DNA of 63,982 bases, filler included, from Dimargaris cristalligena (Eukaryota), in NCBI GenBank assembly GCA_003614675.1. It is 3 parts of 3 records of this genome, joined end to end, with 100 filler letters (N's around TTAATTAATTAA, not from the genome) between each part and the next. Parts side by side here need not be neighbours in the genome. Positions count along the whole stretch, not along the records: positions 43,690 to 63,982 come from ML002701.1; 2 more parts are not named here. One strand, 5' to 3'. The notes beneath the pieces are model-generated. The model saw nothing but the letters and a program-made list of their open reading frames with translations. It was not told where the DNA came from and searched no databases. Below, one piece after another: positions 48,110 through 60,577 of the stretch; position 1 is the stretch's first letter; each line of letters starts with the position of its first letter. The translations under genes were made by a program, and so were the position numbers.

Positions 48110-49218
48110 TACCAGCGAATTTATAGCTTGTCATAAATTCGAGTCGTATATATTAGTGTGGGTTATTTTATCCACATGTGTATTTTCTGTGACTTTATTT
48201 TTCTATGAACCAAGTCCTCGGATACCGAGTCTATTCTATTAATAAATAGCCTTCTCCTACATCCTCTATTTCTTGGGATAATCCCAAGTAAGGTGACTGA
48301 TGAGATTCAAATCATTAGACTGAGGCATGCCAACTACCTTAAAGACCACTTGTGTTTGGCAGACTTTACATGTCTACATTGTTAGCCCCAGACAACTTGC
48401 CTTGTACCCACACATACCTATATACATACCCGGCTGAACAGCTATAATTAGGAAACACCAGGCAATGTACGCCACTGAATAGACAAGGTGTCGGCTATCA
48501 TTTAGTATCTCCTGGGCTTTTTCAAAAGAGCGCGGGGAAAGGCATAGAGAGTCAAGTGAATATGGGAGTGGCATTGTAGGGGGCCGAGTACTCATTGCAC
48601 CCCCGTTATCACATTGCGTTTTACCCATGGCATACAATGAGTTGCCCCCCCCGGTCTCTCCCTTTTCTTATTCTCACTATCCTATTGGTGTGGGTTTGTT
48701 TTGGTGGGGAGAGGTACGGGCTTTGGAGCCCTGTGTACATTCAACCTTCTCCCGACATTCCTTCTCCCCTCCTTTGCCGTCAACTTCAGTCACAGTAAGA
48801 ACTCTGGAATCCAACTCTTCCCAAGTACGTAGACATATCCCATGGACCATCTCAATAGTTCTTAACTCAGTTGACTCTATAGCTCTTCCCCTTCTACCCA
48901 CTTCATTTTGGCGACTCTTGAGGACTGGTTGTTGTTGTTTTTTGGTCCGTTTTCAATCATATACCGTTACTCCACAAAGGGACTCTTGTGAAGCCCAATT
49001 GGCCTGCCTGGAGCTATTCCTTATTTGCAACCCCGCACTTAACCTCTCCGAGTATTTCAATCCACCTTCCTCAAACGCATTTTTTTATTTTGAATTCACA
49101 TTCACCGTATTCAGACTCCGCTGATTTGGGTCGATAAAAATAATCTATTTTCCCACCGGACGTTCTTATTCCCGAGGCCGCCCTTATAGACATTCAGACC
49201 GGTACTTGCCAACCCGCC

Positions 49219-50328
49219 ATGGAGCCCGAGGCAAAAACCGAGAATGAAGTGCCCAATCGTGCCAAGTAAGTTGTTGACTTTATATATGTCTCGAGGTGCA
49301 GATTGTTTGGTGGATATAAAAAAATACTTACATTGATGAATATTCCAATACCAATACAATACAATATCCATATACAGCACACTATGTTATATTTGGTTTT
49401 ATATTGCTTCTCGACTTGTGAATTGATTTATATTTATATTTTCATGCATTTGACTAAACCCCCATCCCATCCACGTACCGCCGCTGTAGCGTCATGATCA
49501 AAGTCGGTATGGTCGGGGACTCGCACATTGGCAAAACCACGCTCATGGTCAAGTACGTCGAAGGCATGTTCGACGATGACTATATCCAAACCCTAGGAGT
49601 CAACTTCATGGAGAAAACCATCATCATCCGCAATACCGAAATCACCTTCAGTATCTGGGATCTGGGCGGCCAACGCGAATTCGTTAGTATGCTGCCGCTG
49701 GTGTGTAACGATGCCGTCGCCCTACTGTTCATGTTCGACTTGACCCGCAAATCAACCCTCAATAGCATTAAGGAATGGTATCGCCAATCAAGGGGGTTCA
49801 ACAAGACCGCGATTCCGTTTCTAATCGGAACTAAGTATGACCAGTTCGTGGATTTGGCGCGGGAAGACCAAGAGGAAATTACTCGACAGGTACGTAGAAC
49901 TTTATCGAAATGGGATAAGGGTAAATCTGGGGGGGTGCTAGCTCTCAATACCTACACCTTTAGAGTCAACGCTGCTGCACTAGGTAGTCCTGCGAATTAC
50001 TGATTAAACAGGGCATATTGTTATTACTATTACATGTAATTATTTCTTTGGCCCGTCTTTATTCTAACCCGACTTTTGAAAAAACATATCCTGACCGGTG
50101 TACTTCACCAACTCCCTTGATCCCATCTTCACACCGCAGGCGCGGAAATTTGCACGGGCAATGAAAGCATCCCTACTCTTCTGCTCCAGCTCGCACGACA
50201 TTAACGTAAAGAACATTTTCAAAATTGTATTGAGCAAAGCCTTTGATCTCCGCTGTACTATACCCGAAATCAACGAGATGGGGGCTCCCATTCGTGAATA
50301 TAATAATAATATTACCACCAACCCGTAG
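49219..50328 (+). CDS. TEM1: Septation/mitotic-exit GTPase Spg1/Tem1; exons 49219-49265, 49490-49889, 50140-50328
   Basis: IKVGMVGDSHIGKTTLMVKYV, YIQTLGVNFMEK, WDLGGQREF..MLPLVCND, QARKFARAMKASL.FCS; no CAAX motif. Confidence 0.95.
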
Positions 50329-51968
50329 TCCCTTTCCTATATTTTTTTTTCTAGTTTGTTTTATTTATTGAACCCGACTCTTGTATTAGTTTGAACACCT
50401 TTGCCTCCTCGTTTTATTTTTTAACCCCTCCCCTCATCCACTCTCTTCTACATCTAATTTGAACGCGCATAAAAAAATGGACTATTTGGTATCATAGTAT
50501 TGTTTCTTTTACTGTCAAGTATGGAGCTGGCACCGTAGGCCGAACCATTCCCTTTTGGCCCGCGGTGTTCAGCCCACTCCACCCTTGTCATTCAACCGAG
50601 TATTAGCGAGCCTGCCCCTTTTTTCACTTGATCGATTTATTCTAGCATTAACAAATTTTCATCAAAAGACATTCCACTGTTTCCACCCTTCTACTCCTGC
50701 AATGAAGGTGCCACCTCCGTCGGTTTACTTATTGAAATCAATTAGCCTATGGGCCTGGGTAAACTAGGTGTATCTTTTGGTTAGAGACTCTGCTACTGGA
50801 CGGATAGAAAGGAGGGCTCTCAGGGTCCGATGTTGATCTTTGAGGGGCGATAGTGGCCGGATTGTTTGCAAGGGGATGGTGGTGTATGATGTGCGATACT
50901 AGTGCCCCTTGCTGTGGTACCCGGGCAGGAGACGAAATGTTGGCCCCTTGTCAATTCAGTGCAGATTTCTCCACAAGGATAAGGGATGGAGAAGTAGGGG
51001 GCCTCGTTTGGGCCCTAGCTTACCAACTGCCGCCCCTATTATCATCCCATTCGCACATTTATTAATATAATATATATAGCCACTTGGTTTACTACCCATT
51101 GCTGGCAGGTGCCTTTAGACCTAAGCCCAAAGTATTATAGAAGGAAATTGGCATGCGAACGAAATAAGGCAACCTGGGAAATGATGAACAAGGCATTAGG
51201 AGGGACCTTATGACCCGTATTTTGCACGCCTTCGCGTGACTTTATTCCGCGCATTTGGTAGAGATCAACCCAGGGGGGCACAGCAATACAAGTTAGTAGT
51301 GATGATAAAGTGGCCGGTTAGCCCATTCTCAGGATACACATGGGTATTTGCGCAAGCCTCAGGGTATGGACCGCCTCCCCTTTTTTGTTAACATATTCCG
51401 TCGATTTGGGTATGCCGTTATTTTTACCAACGGACTGATATATAATAGACTCGGATTCAACACCAGTAAACGGCTGCTATTCGGAACTAGAATATACGAA
51501 CAGCTAGGCTTGGCCAATCGTCAGTTGGAAAGGAGGGGTGGCGGTATCTCTTGTTCGTCTAGCATTTGGCGTTGATGACCTCTACTTTGCTGGAGAGTCC
51601 CTGAAGGTGGGCATGTGTGCATAGTCGAATATATATATAAGTACTAGACCAGCTGCTTTTCACTTGTCTTCCCAGTTCGTTGGCACACCTTACTCAACAC
51701 CCGAATTACTGCATATATTGTATGCTTTTTGGAATTCGCCAGTTTGGACTGACCCTGGCTCACTCTTATTTACTGCTTATTACAGCGCGCTCTTTTCTCC
51801 CACACTCTCTCTCACTTTCCCTTTCGCTCTCTTTCACCCCCTTTCCTTCCTCTTACGCTTGAACCTACCTGCCAGCTTTGCATTAGTCCTCCTCACCTTA
51901 CCCCCATCGCATGCCATCTCATTATCGTCACCCTTAAACTACACCGCCGCATATATACACACGAACCA

Positions 51969-53880
51969 ATGGCCTCCATACCAACGGCCGCTTCACTCCC
52001 GGAGCCCTATAGCACCGAAAGCAACCCCCTTCTGGTCCCGGGGGGTATAGACGGCCGCGACTCCGCCCACTTGGCCACCCTTCCTCTGACGGACCACAGC
52101 GAAACCGGCGAGGTCCTGTCCGACTCCTCCCGCCTGGCCCTCACCGGCTACGCCCTATTTGTCGGACTCGTCATCGCCCTGTCGTCCGTCCAATTCGGCT
52201 ACCATAACGGGGAACTCAATACCCCCAAGGAGGCCCTCACCCACTGTGACCTTACCGACCCCGCCCGAGTCGGTGGGGGTGCGGGTAACTATTTGCCGAC
52301 CCTGCCGCCCTGTCTTCCCATGTCCGATATGACCTTTTCGTTTGTGACGTCGATTTTCACATTAGGCGGCCTGGTTGGCTCCCTTTTGGCCCCCACCTTA
52401 GCCGACCGTTGGGGTCGTAAAACGGCCACGGTCGGCAATAATATACTCTATATCCTGGGGTCGCTGGCCATGGGTCTGGCTGTAAATGTGCCCTGGCTGC
52501 TGGCCGGTCGGTTTTTGGTGGGCGTAGGGTGCGGAGTGTCAATTGTGGTGAATCCCATGTATTTAACCGAAATTGCCCCCCGTCCGTGGCGCGGATCATT
52601 CGGTAAGTTGTCGCAGTCATGAACTGATTTTATATCGTTCCTTTCCCCCTTCTGTACCTTGTGGATCGATTTACCACCTTGTATACCTGGCTGCTAGATC
52701 GACTCGCTTGTCCTGACGAGTTTATACGCCCTTGAATTTCGTCTAACCAATTCCCAATCAGAACTTGACTAACCCCTCTTGTATAAAATTTCGTACAACT
52801 CTATTCGCTATATACCTAGGCCTGTTGAACCAAATGGGCATTGTCTGTGGCTTACTATTTACCCAAACCCTTGGCTACTTTCTTAACAATGTCCCAGGTT
52901 GGCGTCTAGTTCTGAGCATGGGTATTCTGCTCAGCGTCCTCCAACTCTTTCTCATCATATTTTGTGTGGAATCCCCCCAGTATCTGGCAGCCCAGGCGGG
53001 CAACGACATCAAAGCCCGCGCCAGTCTGTGTCGGTTACGGGGAACTATGGATGTAGACCGGGAGTTGGCCACATGGCAAAACGTTGCCCAAAGTGCCTCG
53101 AGCGCTGATCCCACGGAAACTGTGACTTCGTTTGCGTCGGTGAATGAAGAGGCCCGACTACTCCCAGGCTCACTGGGTGACGACCGTTCACCCATTGCCA
53201 CTACATTCCCCACTACCGCCACTGTTGCTGCCCCCGCTTCTTCCACCCTGGGCCTGGGCACCCTCTTCCGGTCAAAGCTCTACCGCAAACCCCTGCTCCT
53301 GGCCCTACTGATGCAATCCGTGCAGCAATGGTCGGGTATCAACACCGTCTTTTTCTATTCCACGGTGATTCTGAGTGCCATCTTCCCCGGTCGCGAGGGG
53401 ATCCTCACCGTCCTCATCAACGTCTTCAACCTCATCGCCACCATTGTGTCAGTGTCCCTGGTCGACCGCCTAGGTCGTCGCCCACTCCTGCTCGGCTCTA
53501 TGGTGGGTATGGCCGGGGCGCTCCTGGTGTTGGCCCTTTCCATCCAATTCCCAACCCCTGCCGTATCGCTAGTGGGTCTGTTCATGGTTGTAGGCACTTT
53601 CGCCGTCGGCTTGGGCCCCCTGTCTTTCCTACTGTCCGTTGAATTGGTCGACATCCGCGCTACGGCTACCGTATCCGCCCTCGGTTTGGCGGCTAACTGG
53701 ATTTCGAATTTTACCGTATCCTCCCTCTTTCTTCTGCTTAATAAGAGCATGGGCGGGTGGGTATTTATCCTGTTTAGCGCGATCCTACTAGGGGCCGGCT
53801 TGGTAGTGTACAAATTCGTACCCGAAACGAGAGATAAGACGACCCAGGAGATTTGGCGTGATATGGGCCTGATAAAGTAA
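51969..53880 (+). CDS. MFS sugar porter (GLUT / Vps73-YBR241C-like); intron 52603-52819
   Basis: QFGYHNGELN, DRWGRK, GRFLVGVGCG, PMYLTEIAP..RG, VESPQYL, QQWSGIN..FYS, DRLGRR, GLGP, PET motifs. Confidence 0.93.
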
Positions 53881-54654
53881 TAGCCGCCCTTTTGATTTTT
53901 TTGGAGATGACTGGGGTTTAAATGACCTAGCTGATTGTAGTTTTAAAGCCTCTTATGTAGAAAAATCCATCAATAACCTACAGATCACACTACTTTTATA
54001 TATATTTATTCCCATTTTCTGGCGTGGATACCCCCAAATGCGGGGCATCCCGACATGCTCTTGCAAGATTCATCTGTATTGATACTGACGATTGATTTAA
54101 AACCACGGAAATACCATAAATATGGCTTGGGTGTATTAATCGAAGCAATCCAGATTGTCCGAGGTAATCTACTCCATAATTATTATTTTGCCTTTCTTGC
54201 CGATTTGTCTGACCAAATAAACGACAGGCGGATTTTTACGATAATTGAATCGACAGTCCTTATTAAAATAGTATGTACATAGTGCCCAACCCAGTTAATC
54301 CCCCGGCCTATAAAGGATTGGGACTGCTTTTCTCCTACATCATTGTGTTCTGTTGGGTAAAGGAAATAATATACGCCAATACTTTTGTAACTTTCGCTGA
54401 AATGAATACCCATTTGAACGTGTGTGACGTAAATAGTCGCAGCCTAGAGTGAATCCACCTCCCCATTCCCATTACTACTCTTGTAGGCTATTGGTTTTTC
54501 CCCTCATTTCTCCTCGACTCGTTGAGCCCATCAACTTGACAATACCCTACCCCTATTTTCCGCTTCCCGTTTTTATTTATTTATTTATTCTGTAGCTATA
54601 TTTGGATAGGCCATTGCCTTTGGTCAGCTAAAGGTACCCCGTTTATACTTGACC

Positions 54655-56424
54655 ATGTCGTCATTATGGGCCTTAGGCTCCAATTCGGGCGGTCAATTGG
54701 GCCTTGGAACCGAAGACGACGCCCATTCCCCTCAACCTTGCCGATTCCATCCCTCCCCGGGCCCAACCCCATCCCCACACAGAGCCCCAACCGGTCGTTT
54801 CGATCCTTCTTCACCCCACGCTAACACCCATTTAGCTACCCCCTGGCGTAAACTCACCGGCGGTGGCAACCATGCGGTGGCATTGGCCGAGAATGGACAA
54901 GTATACAGCTGTGGTAGCAACCAGGACGGCCAGCTGGGTATGACCAAACCACCGAATATGCTTAGCCCGTTGTCTGGGTCAACAATACCGACCACTTCTA
55001 CCAATAGCAGCAGCAGCAGTAGTAGTAGTGGGCAGTCTACTATTCCGGCATGGGTGCCCTTCTGCTTTCCAGTCTTGGATCCCCCGCTAGCGTCCTCGGA
55101 AGCGACCAAGGAACAAATCTGCGGGCCCGAGTGGGCGGGGTTTACCTGGACGGATGTGGCCTGCGGATGGAACCATACCCTACTATTGGCTGGCATCGTC
55201 GGAAAGGTATACTCGTTTGGCCACAATGGATTTGGTCAGCTTGGTCGTCCGTCGGAAACGCTAGCGCGGGAAACCAAGGGGTGCCAGCCTAGGCCATCAC
55301 CTACTACGGTGCGGCCCTGTGAAGGGCGACTGCCAGTTAACGAGGATACCAACGGCAACGACAATGACAACGGTGAGGATAAGATCAATGATCCGACCGA
55401 GGTTTGGAGGGTTAATTTCCCCTCGGTCTCGCCGGAGGTACATATTGTCCAAGTAGCGGCGGGTCTCCGCCATTCATTGGCTTTAGATTCTGTCGGCCGG
55501 GTCTGGGGTTGGGGGATCCACCGCCACGGCCAACTGGGACCCGGGATGTCGGAAGCGGGTGGTGTTAACCCCACTACCGGCCGCAACCGGTTTATTTCCC
55601 ACCTACCCCGTCAGTTGCAGCAGCTACCGCCGATTCGCCAAATCGCAGGAGGTCAACACCATTCGGCTTTCTTGACCCAAACCGACCGGGTCCTGGTGTT
55701 TGGCTCCAACAAATACGGGCAGCACGGACCTCCAACGACGTCGTCAGTTATGACCGATCTTGCTACTGCTACTGCTACTATTACTACTACTACGCCTGCC
55801 GCAGTCATTGGTACCGTTGCCACGATATCGCCCTGTATTGAACTACCTCATGATGCACCAGTGGCTAAACTGGTTTCGGGTTGGAGCCATTTGGCTGTGC
55901 TGCATACGGATGGTCAGGTTTTCACTTGGGGCCGCAGTGACCGGGGCCAGCTCGGTTGGGAACCGTCGGAAACGAACAATCAGGGCCAATTCAGCGCCAT
56001 AATAGGGCAGGTCCACTTCCCCGTTACGCCTAGTTCATTACCCACTACTACCCCTGCAGGGGTGCAATCTACTACCATCACCACCACCGCCCTTACCACT
56101 ATCACTGGCTCCGAGATAAGGAAGGCCGCCCACCAGACACCCCAGTTGACGGCAATCGACCTTAGCTGTGGATCTGAGCATACGCTGGCCCTCGCCTGGG
56201 ACGGTAGCTGTTGGGCGTGGGGCTGGAATGAACATGGCAACTGTGGAGAAGAAACTTGTACGGACGTCAAGTGCCCCCGCGTAATCCGGATTTCCCCTGA
56301 TGCTTCGACTGGGGAAGAAGGGGGGGACTGGGCCAAGGTTGGTCGTATAGGCTGTGGGTATGGGTTCACCCTATTAGCACCCGACCAGCCACCACTATTA
56401 CCGCCGCCATCTGTAGCCACATAG
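54655..56424 (+). CDS. ATS1: RCC1-repeat protein, Ats1/Kti13-SERGEF-like, with Ser/Thr-rich insertions
   Basis: MSSLWALGSNSGGQLGLG.EDD..SPQ, repeated GxNxxGQLG and ACGWNH/AAGLRH/CGSEH blades, WGWNEHGNCG and GCGYGFT C-terminus. Confidence 0.75.
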   Translation: MSSLWALGSNSGGQLGLGTEDDAHSPQPCRFHPSPGPTPSPHRAPTGRFDPSSPHANTHLATPWRKLTGGGNHAVALAENGQVYSCGSNQDGQLGMTKPPNMLSPLSGSTIPTTSTNSSSSSSSSGQSTIPAWVPFCFPVLDPPLASSEATKEQICGPEWAGFTWTDVACGWNHTLLLAGIVGKVYSFGHNGFGQLGRPSETLARETKGCQPRPSPTTVRPCEGRLPVNEDTNGNDNDNGEDKINDPTEVWRVNFPSVSPEVHIVQVAAGLRHSLALDSVGRVWGWGIHRHGQLGPGMSEAGGVNPTTGRNRFISHLPRQLQQLPPIRQIAGGQHHSAFLTQTDRVLVFGSNKYGQHGPPTTSSVMTDLATATATITTTTPAAVIGTVATISPCIELPHDAPVAKLVSGWSHLAVLHTDGQVFTWGRSDRGQLGWEPSETNNQGQFSAIIGQVHFPVTPSSLPTTTPAGVQSTTITTTALTTITGSEIRKAAHQTPQLTAIDLSCGSEHTLALAWDGSCWAWGWNEHGNCGEETCTDVKCPRVIRISPDASTGEEGGDWAKVGRIGCGYGFTLLAPDQPPLLPPPSVAT

Positions 56425-57250
56425 GCTGATCTTCGTGGGGCTTTACTCGAGTATGAAACATGCCCGCTGCCACGGACGAAGGTAAAAGGAAAACATCCTA
56501 GCAGTCCAGTATTTACAATAATGTGTATCTGTGGGTTTACATTGCTTAGCAGCCTACGATGATTATTTTTTGATCATCGAGGTCGTGCAATGACCGGGTC
56601 TGGCGGAGGGGCATATCGGACCCAGCTGGAGGACACTGAGGAACTGCCTCTTCTTAGGCATTCCAATACACCACCGCTCAAGGTGAGCCATTCGATTCTG
56701 AGTTTTATACGAGGTATTGGGAGGCTTGGGGTGGAGTATAGTATAGTATATACTCGTCAAGCTGTCACATCTGTTGAACCCAATCGAATGAGGCAGAAGG
56801 GATTGGCCTATGCATCAGGAGAAGACTTGAATGATAAAGAAGAGCCCTTGATCTAGCTCCACCACAAGCCGAGTTACTCGCGTATGCCATAAAATTGTGG
56901 GCCGTGTGGCTGCGGAAATGAGGGTTCCATATCCCTGGTCCAGCTGCGCCTGCCCAAACTATCTGACAGTACCATCATTGTTGGGCGTGGCGTTTCTTAC
57001 CTGCTCCCTTCTCATATTGGCCTATTGTTCCGCAGTTAACGCTAGCCCTACACCGCCTTAAACGGTACTGCTACTGAAAATCAACAAGACCGTCTCTTCC
57101 ACAAGCGACAACTTTACTCCCCCCCCCTTTGAGTTGATATATATATATATAGGCCCGGTTGCCCACCGACTCATAGACAGCAAACGTATTCCCTGATCAT
57201 CATTATCCCTTTAATATTCTCTCTAATAAACACACATTCCACCCCGACAG

Positions 57251-57303
57251 GTAAGGCATATCTACCCATCGATATACACCGTATATTCCGTTAACCCACA
57301 TAG
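57251..57303 (+). other. Probable 53-nt 5'UTR intron of the HSP20-like gene
   Basis: CAG|GTAAGG donor, GTTAAC branch point, CATAG acceptor; an (AT)n TATA-like tract lies at ~57138-57151. Confidence 0.55.
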
Positions 57304-57328
57304 CTCATCCAAATCGGCATCGTCAGGA

Positions 57329-58330
57329 ATGTACTCGAACGGCCGCCCGACAAGCTCTTACGGTCACCGGTCCCAACCCTACCCTCCCCCGGCGAAGCAG
57401 CCGCCGGTCAAGTCCCGCTACGCCCCCCAGCCCATCATCAGTAGCGGGGGTATCACGCCCGACGGGGAGGGCCAGGTTGATTTTGACCGTTTTTTTTATT
57501 GCCGCCGTAAACTGCCCGGGCTGACGGTCGACTCGATTCGGATTGGAGTGGATCCGAGTCATTTGACCATTATCATCCGGGCCCCGGTGATCCCTTGGCA
57601 GGCGATTCAGTGCTGGTATTTCGGATGCCCCGCCCCGGACCTCTCTATCACCACCACGGCGGCGGCGGCGATCGAGGACGGATTGACGGGTAACGACGGA
57701 TCCCAAGGGGAGGCAAACCAATCGAACCCGCTGGTACCGTCGTCGTTGTCGTTGTCGTCACTGATCGCCAGTAGGCATCGCTGCACTACTCAGACGGTGG
57801 GGCGTCAGCCCATAGACTTAATTCCCGAGGGTGCAACCACTCCCCACCACTTGGGGGGATCCCCCCTGTCGGAGCCCTCCCCCTCTTCCCCCTACTCCTC
57901 CTCTTCGTCCGATTCGTCGGACTCATCCGACTCGGCGAACTCCCCTGACGTTGCCTCCTCGGAAAAAAAGATAGGCGAGGTCGCTACTACCCCCATCGAT
58001 TGTCCAATGATGATGGGTGAAGGGGGGAACCGTCCATCTGCCATCCCCCCTCCTCTCGGCCCTACTATAATCCACCGCCCACCGCCGCCCACGAGAAAGG
58101 GCCCCATCGCTCTGGACGTTTCCTCCCACATGCCCAGCCCGGCGAGAAAGCTAGGGGGAGAGGGGGTATTGGGCCAGCAAGAAAGTGGTGATCGGACGGA
58201 ATACATTCCGTTATCCGATAAATTGGAAATCAATCGCATCGAAGCCTACCTCCATAACGGGATCCTGGAAATCTTTATCCCCAAAAAAGATGACGAGGCT
58301 ATCAAGTTCGTGCCGGTGAACGTATACTGA
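57329..58330 (+). CDS. Small heat-shock (alpha-crystallin) domain protein with a large low-complexity insertion
   Basis: KLPGLTVDSIRIGVD..LTI (beta3-5) and IPL..INRIEAYLHNGILEIFIPK..FVPVN (beta7-9 plus an IXI-like motif). Confidence 0.72.
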   Translation: MYSNGRPTSSYGHRSQPYPPPAKQPPVKSRYAPQPIISSGGITPDGEGQVDFDRFFYCRRKLPGLTVDSIRIGVDPSHLTIIIRAPVIPWQAIQCWYFGCPAPDLSITTTAAAAIEDGLTGNDGSQGEANQSNPLVPSSLSLSSLIASRHRCTTQTVGRQPIDLIPEGATTPHHLGGSPLSEPSPSSPYSSSSSDSSDSSDSANSPDVASSEKKIGEVATTPIDCPMMMGEGGNRPSAIPPPLGPTIIHRPPPPTRKGPIALDVSSHMPSPARKLGGEGVLGQQESGDRTEYIPLSDKLEINRIEAYLHNGILEIFIPKKDDEAIKFVPVNVY

Positions 58331-59130
58331 ACTTCGGCAGGTCGCGAAACAAACAGGGATTATTTTAACGGCAGGGTGGAGTAGCTTCCACTAGCCGACT
58401 CTATTTTCTACTTTGGGCATATTAGCATTAAACAAATGGCATTCTATTCGACCACTCTACCGTTCGATATGACCTGACCCTCCATTGTCCTTCCTTCTCT
58501 TATACCACGCATTATCCAATACCCATAGCCACAGCCCGGTTCATCTCCACCCCCATTACACCTTCAATGTAGCAGTAACCAATCGCAACTTCATATAAAG
58601 ATATATTTTAAAACAGAAGCCCCTTCCACCCTCTCCATAATCATTTGGAGAGGAAGGATACGGATAAATGAAGACCACCGAAAAATCAGAAATAGGTTCG
58701 GACGACGACTTTAGATAACTAATCATACAAATTACAGATAACTCTCACGCATAGAATAAACTTGGATCAGGCATTGGAATTGAATTATCGCTGGGAAAGC
58801 CCTACCATAGAGTAGGTAACATAAGGAAAGGCCGTGCATGGAGGGGTAGAGGAAAGAGCGAGAGAGATGGGTAATCGGGCATCAAACGGGGGCGACATGG
58901 CCTCTATAGGGATATCCATCGACCTTCGGGCCACTTTGACAAACGAATGGAAGGGAGTGGGCGAGGAGGAGGAGGAACATACTGATTAATTAGTAAACAT
59001 CCAGCACACTATATGGTAGTTTTTCATGTGCCCACCTCCCCTTTTTTCACTCTCTTTCTATTCCAGCACTTTCTCCGCGTCGGCCAGGAGAGGGGAATAC
59101 GAATATAGATTCGTTGGGTCGCCAGGACCA

Positions 59131-59370
59131 TTAACTCGAACGTCCGCCGGTCAATACTTGAAATATATAAGAGAGTAGGCTGGTGGACCCCGAGTAGAGC
59201 CAACCGAAGGTCCAGCTTAATACGTATAACACTATCAGTATTTCCCCGAATTGGATCACATAGGCGAGAAGCAGAGACGAGGGTGTTTTAATCGGCTTAG
59301 TAGCCTTCGTCGATGTCGCAGTAGTAGTGGAGGTGGTAGACATGGCGGCGGGCGTCTTTTGGTCGGACAT
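59131..59370 (-). CDS. Small orphan membrane protein, 79 aa
   Basis: ATG with -3 A, Thr/Ser-rich N-terminus, hydrophobic C-terminal half, CT-rich upstream region. Confidence 0.5.
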   Translation of the reverse strand: MSDQKTPAAMSTTSTTTATSTKATKPIKTPSSLLLAYVIQFGEILIVLYVLSWTFGWLYSGSTSLLSYIFQVLTGGRSS

Positions 59371-60577
59371 CGTGGGCGAATGAGGGTAGAAGAATAAGCG
59401 GCAGTATATGTTACAAAAAGAATGCGAGTGTCCCTTGAGTAAGGGATATGTAAGTGGAATAAGAAAATAAGACGAGGTGTTATAAGATATGAATAGGCCG
59501 TGAGGTAAAGAAGGGAATGGAGTAAAGGAATAGGGGTGGTGGTGACTTCTTAACAGGGAACAAGAAAAGAGAAGGAAAATACAGGAAGGGAGCGAAGGGC
59601 AGAATAATAATATTTCTTGGTCATCCAGTAGTGATATTTAGATCCCATTATATCATTGGCATTCGTCCAGCCACAGGACCACCAATTCTGGTTAAATTTG
59701 GGGGGTTAAAGAATGGGGTGAGACGTCCTTCCGCCAACCACTAAGAACAATAGCACCCTTACAATAGTTAGTTGAAAGGACCTCAAGGGTTATCTTTTGG
59801 CTGACCCAAATGCTGTTGCATAATATACTCGTATTTCTCCTCAAATTAATTACTGCTAGTGTGTAGGTATTTTGTTATTAGAAAGTTAAGGTTCAAAAAG
59901 AAATCGAGGGGTATATATATATATATCGATACGAGCGACTGGTATAAAGAAAGTAGAGATAAGCTAAACACATCGGTATAGTTGGGAATATACATATATA
60001 GAACTAAGTGATACGAACAATAGGCGGTGATTAATCTCGAAGCTCTCTTTTATCCGAGCCCAGAGAGGTACCCCCTTCCCTGCTTCATACATCAAGAAAA
60101 TTAATCTATCAAGTGGTCCAAAGCAACCAGGGAGGGAGGATGAAAGGCCCCCACAAAAAATAGGAAATATAATATAGGGAGGGAATGGGCCGCGAATATG
60201 ATTCATTTGGGGATTTCGACGCAGATCAGCCTAGTGGATGCCTATAGCCCCTTAAAACTCGAGCAGGGTAGCTGGGAGAGGGCATTCGAAATTACATTTT
60301 GTTTAAAAGGAAATAAGAAAAGGGGATGGATGAAGTAGTGTGGCAGGGGGAGGGGAGAACGAGAAAAAAGAGTGGGTAAAAGAACCCCGCTAGGAAGGAG
60401 GATCCGTGGGTTAGCAATATGACCAAAGGATGACGAGTTGGCCACACTCAAATAAAATTATCGACAGGGCAGAGTCGGCTAATAGATGTGAGAGTCGAGG
60501 CTTCGGCAATAAGCCAAGAGGCACGGACAACAAGGGCCGCTAAGCCGTTGGCCAAATGAACCCCCCGAATAAGGCGT

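Noticed and set aside
48297-48325. CTGATGAG hammerhead-like core (also CTGACGAG at 52713)
   Set aside because: No following stem II plus GAAA, nor matching stems I/III.
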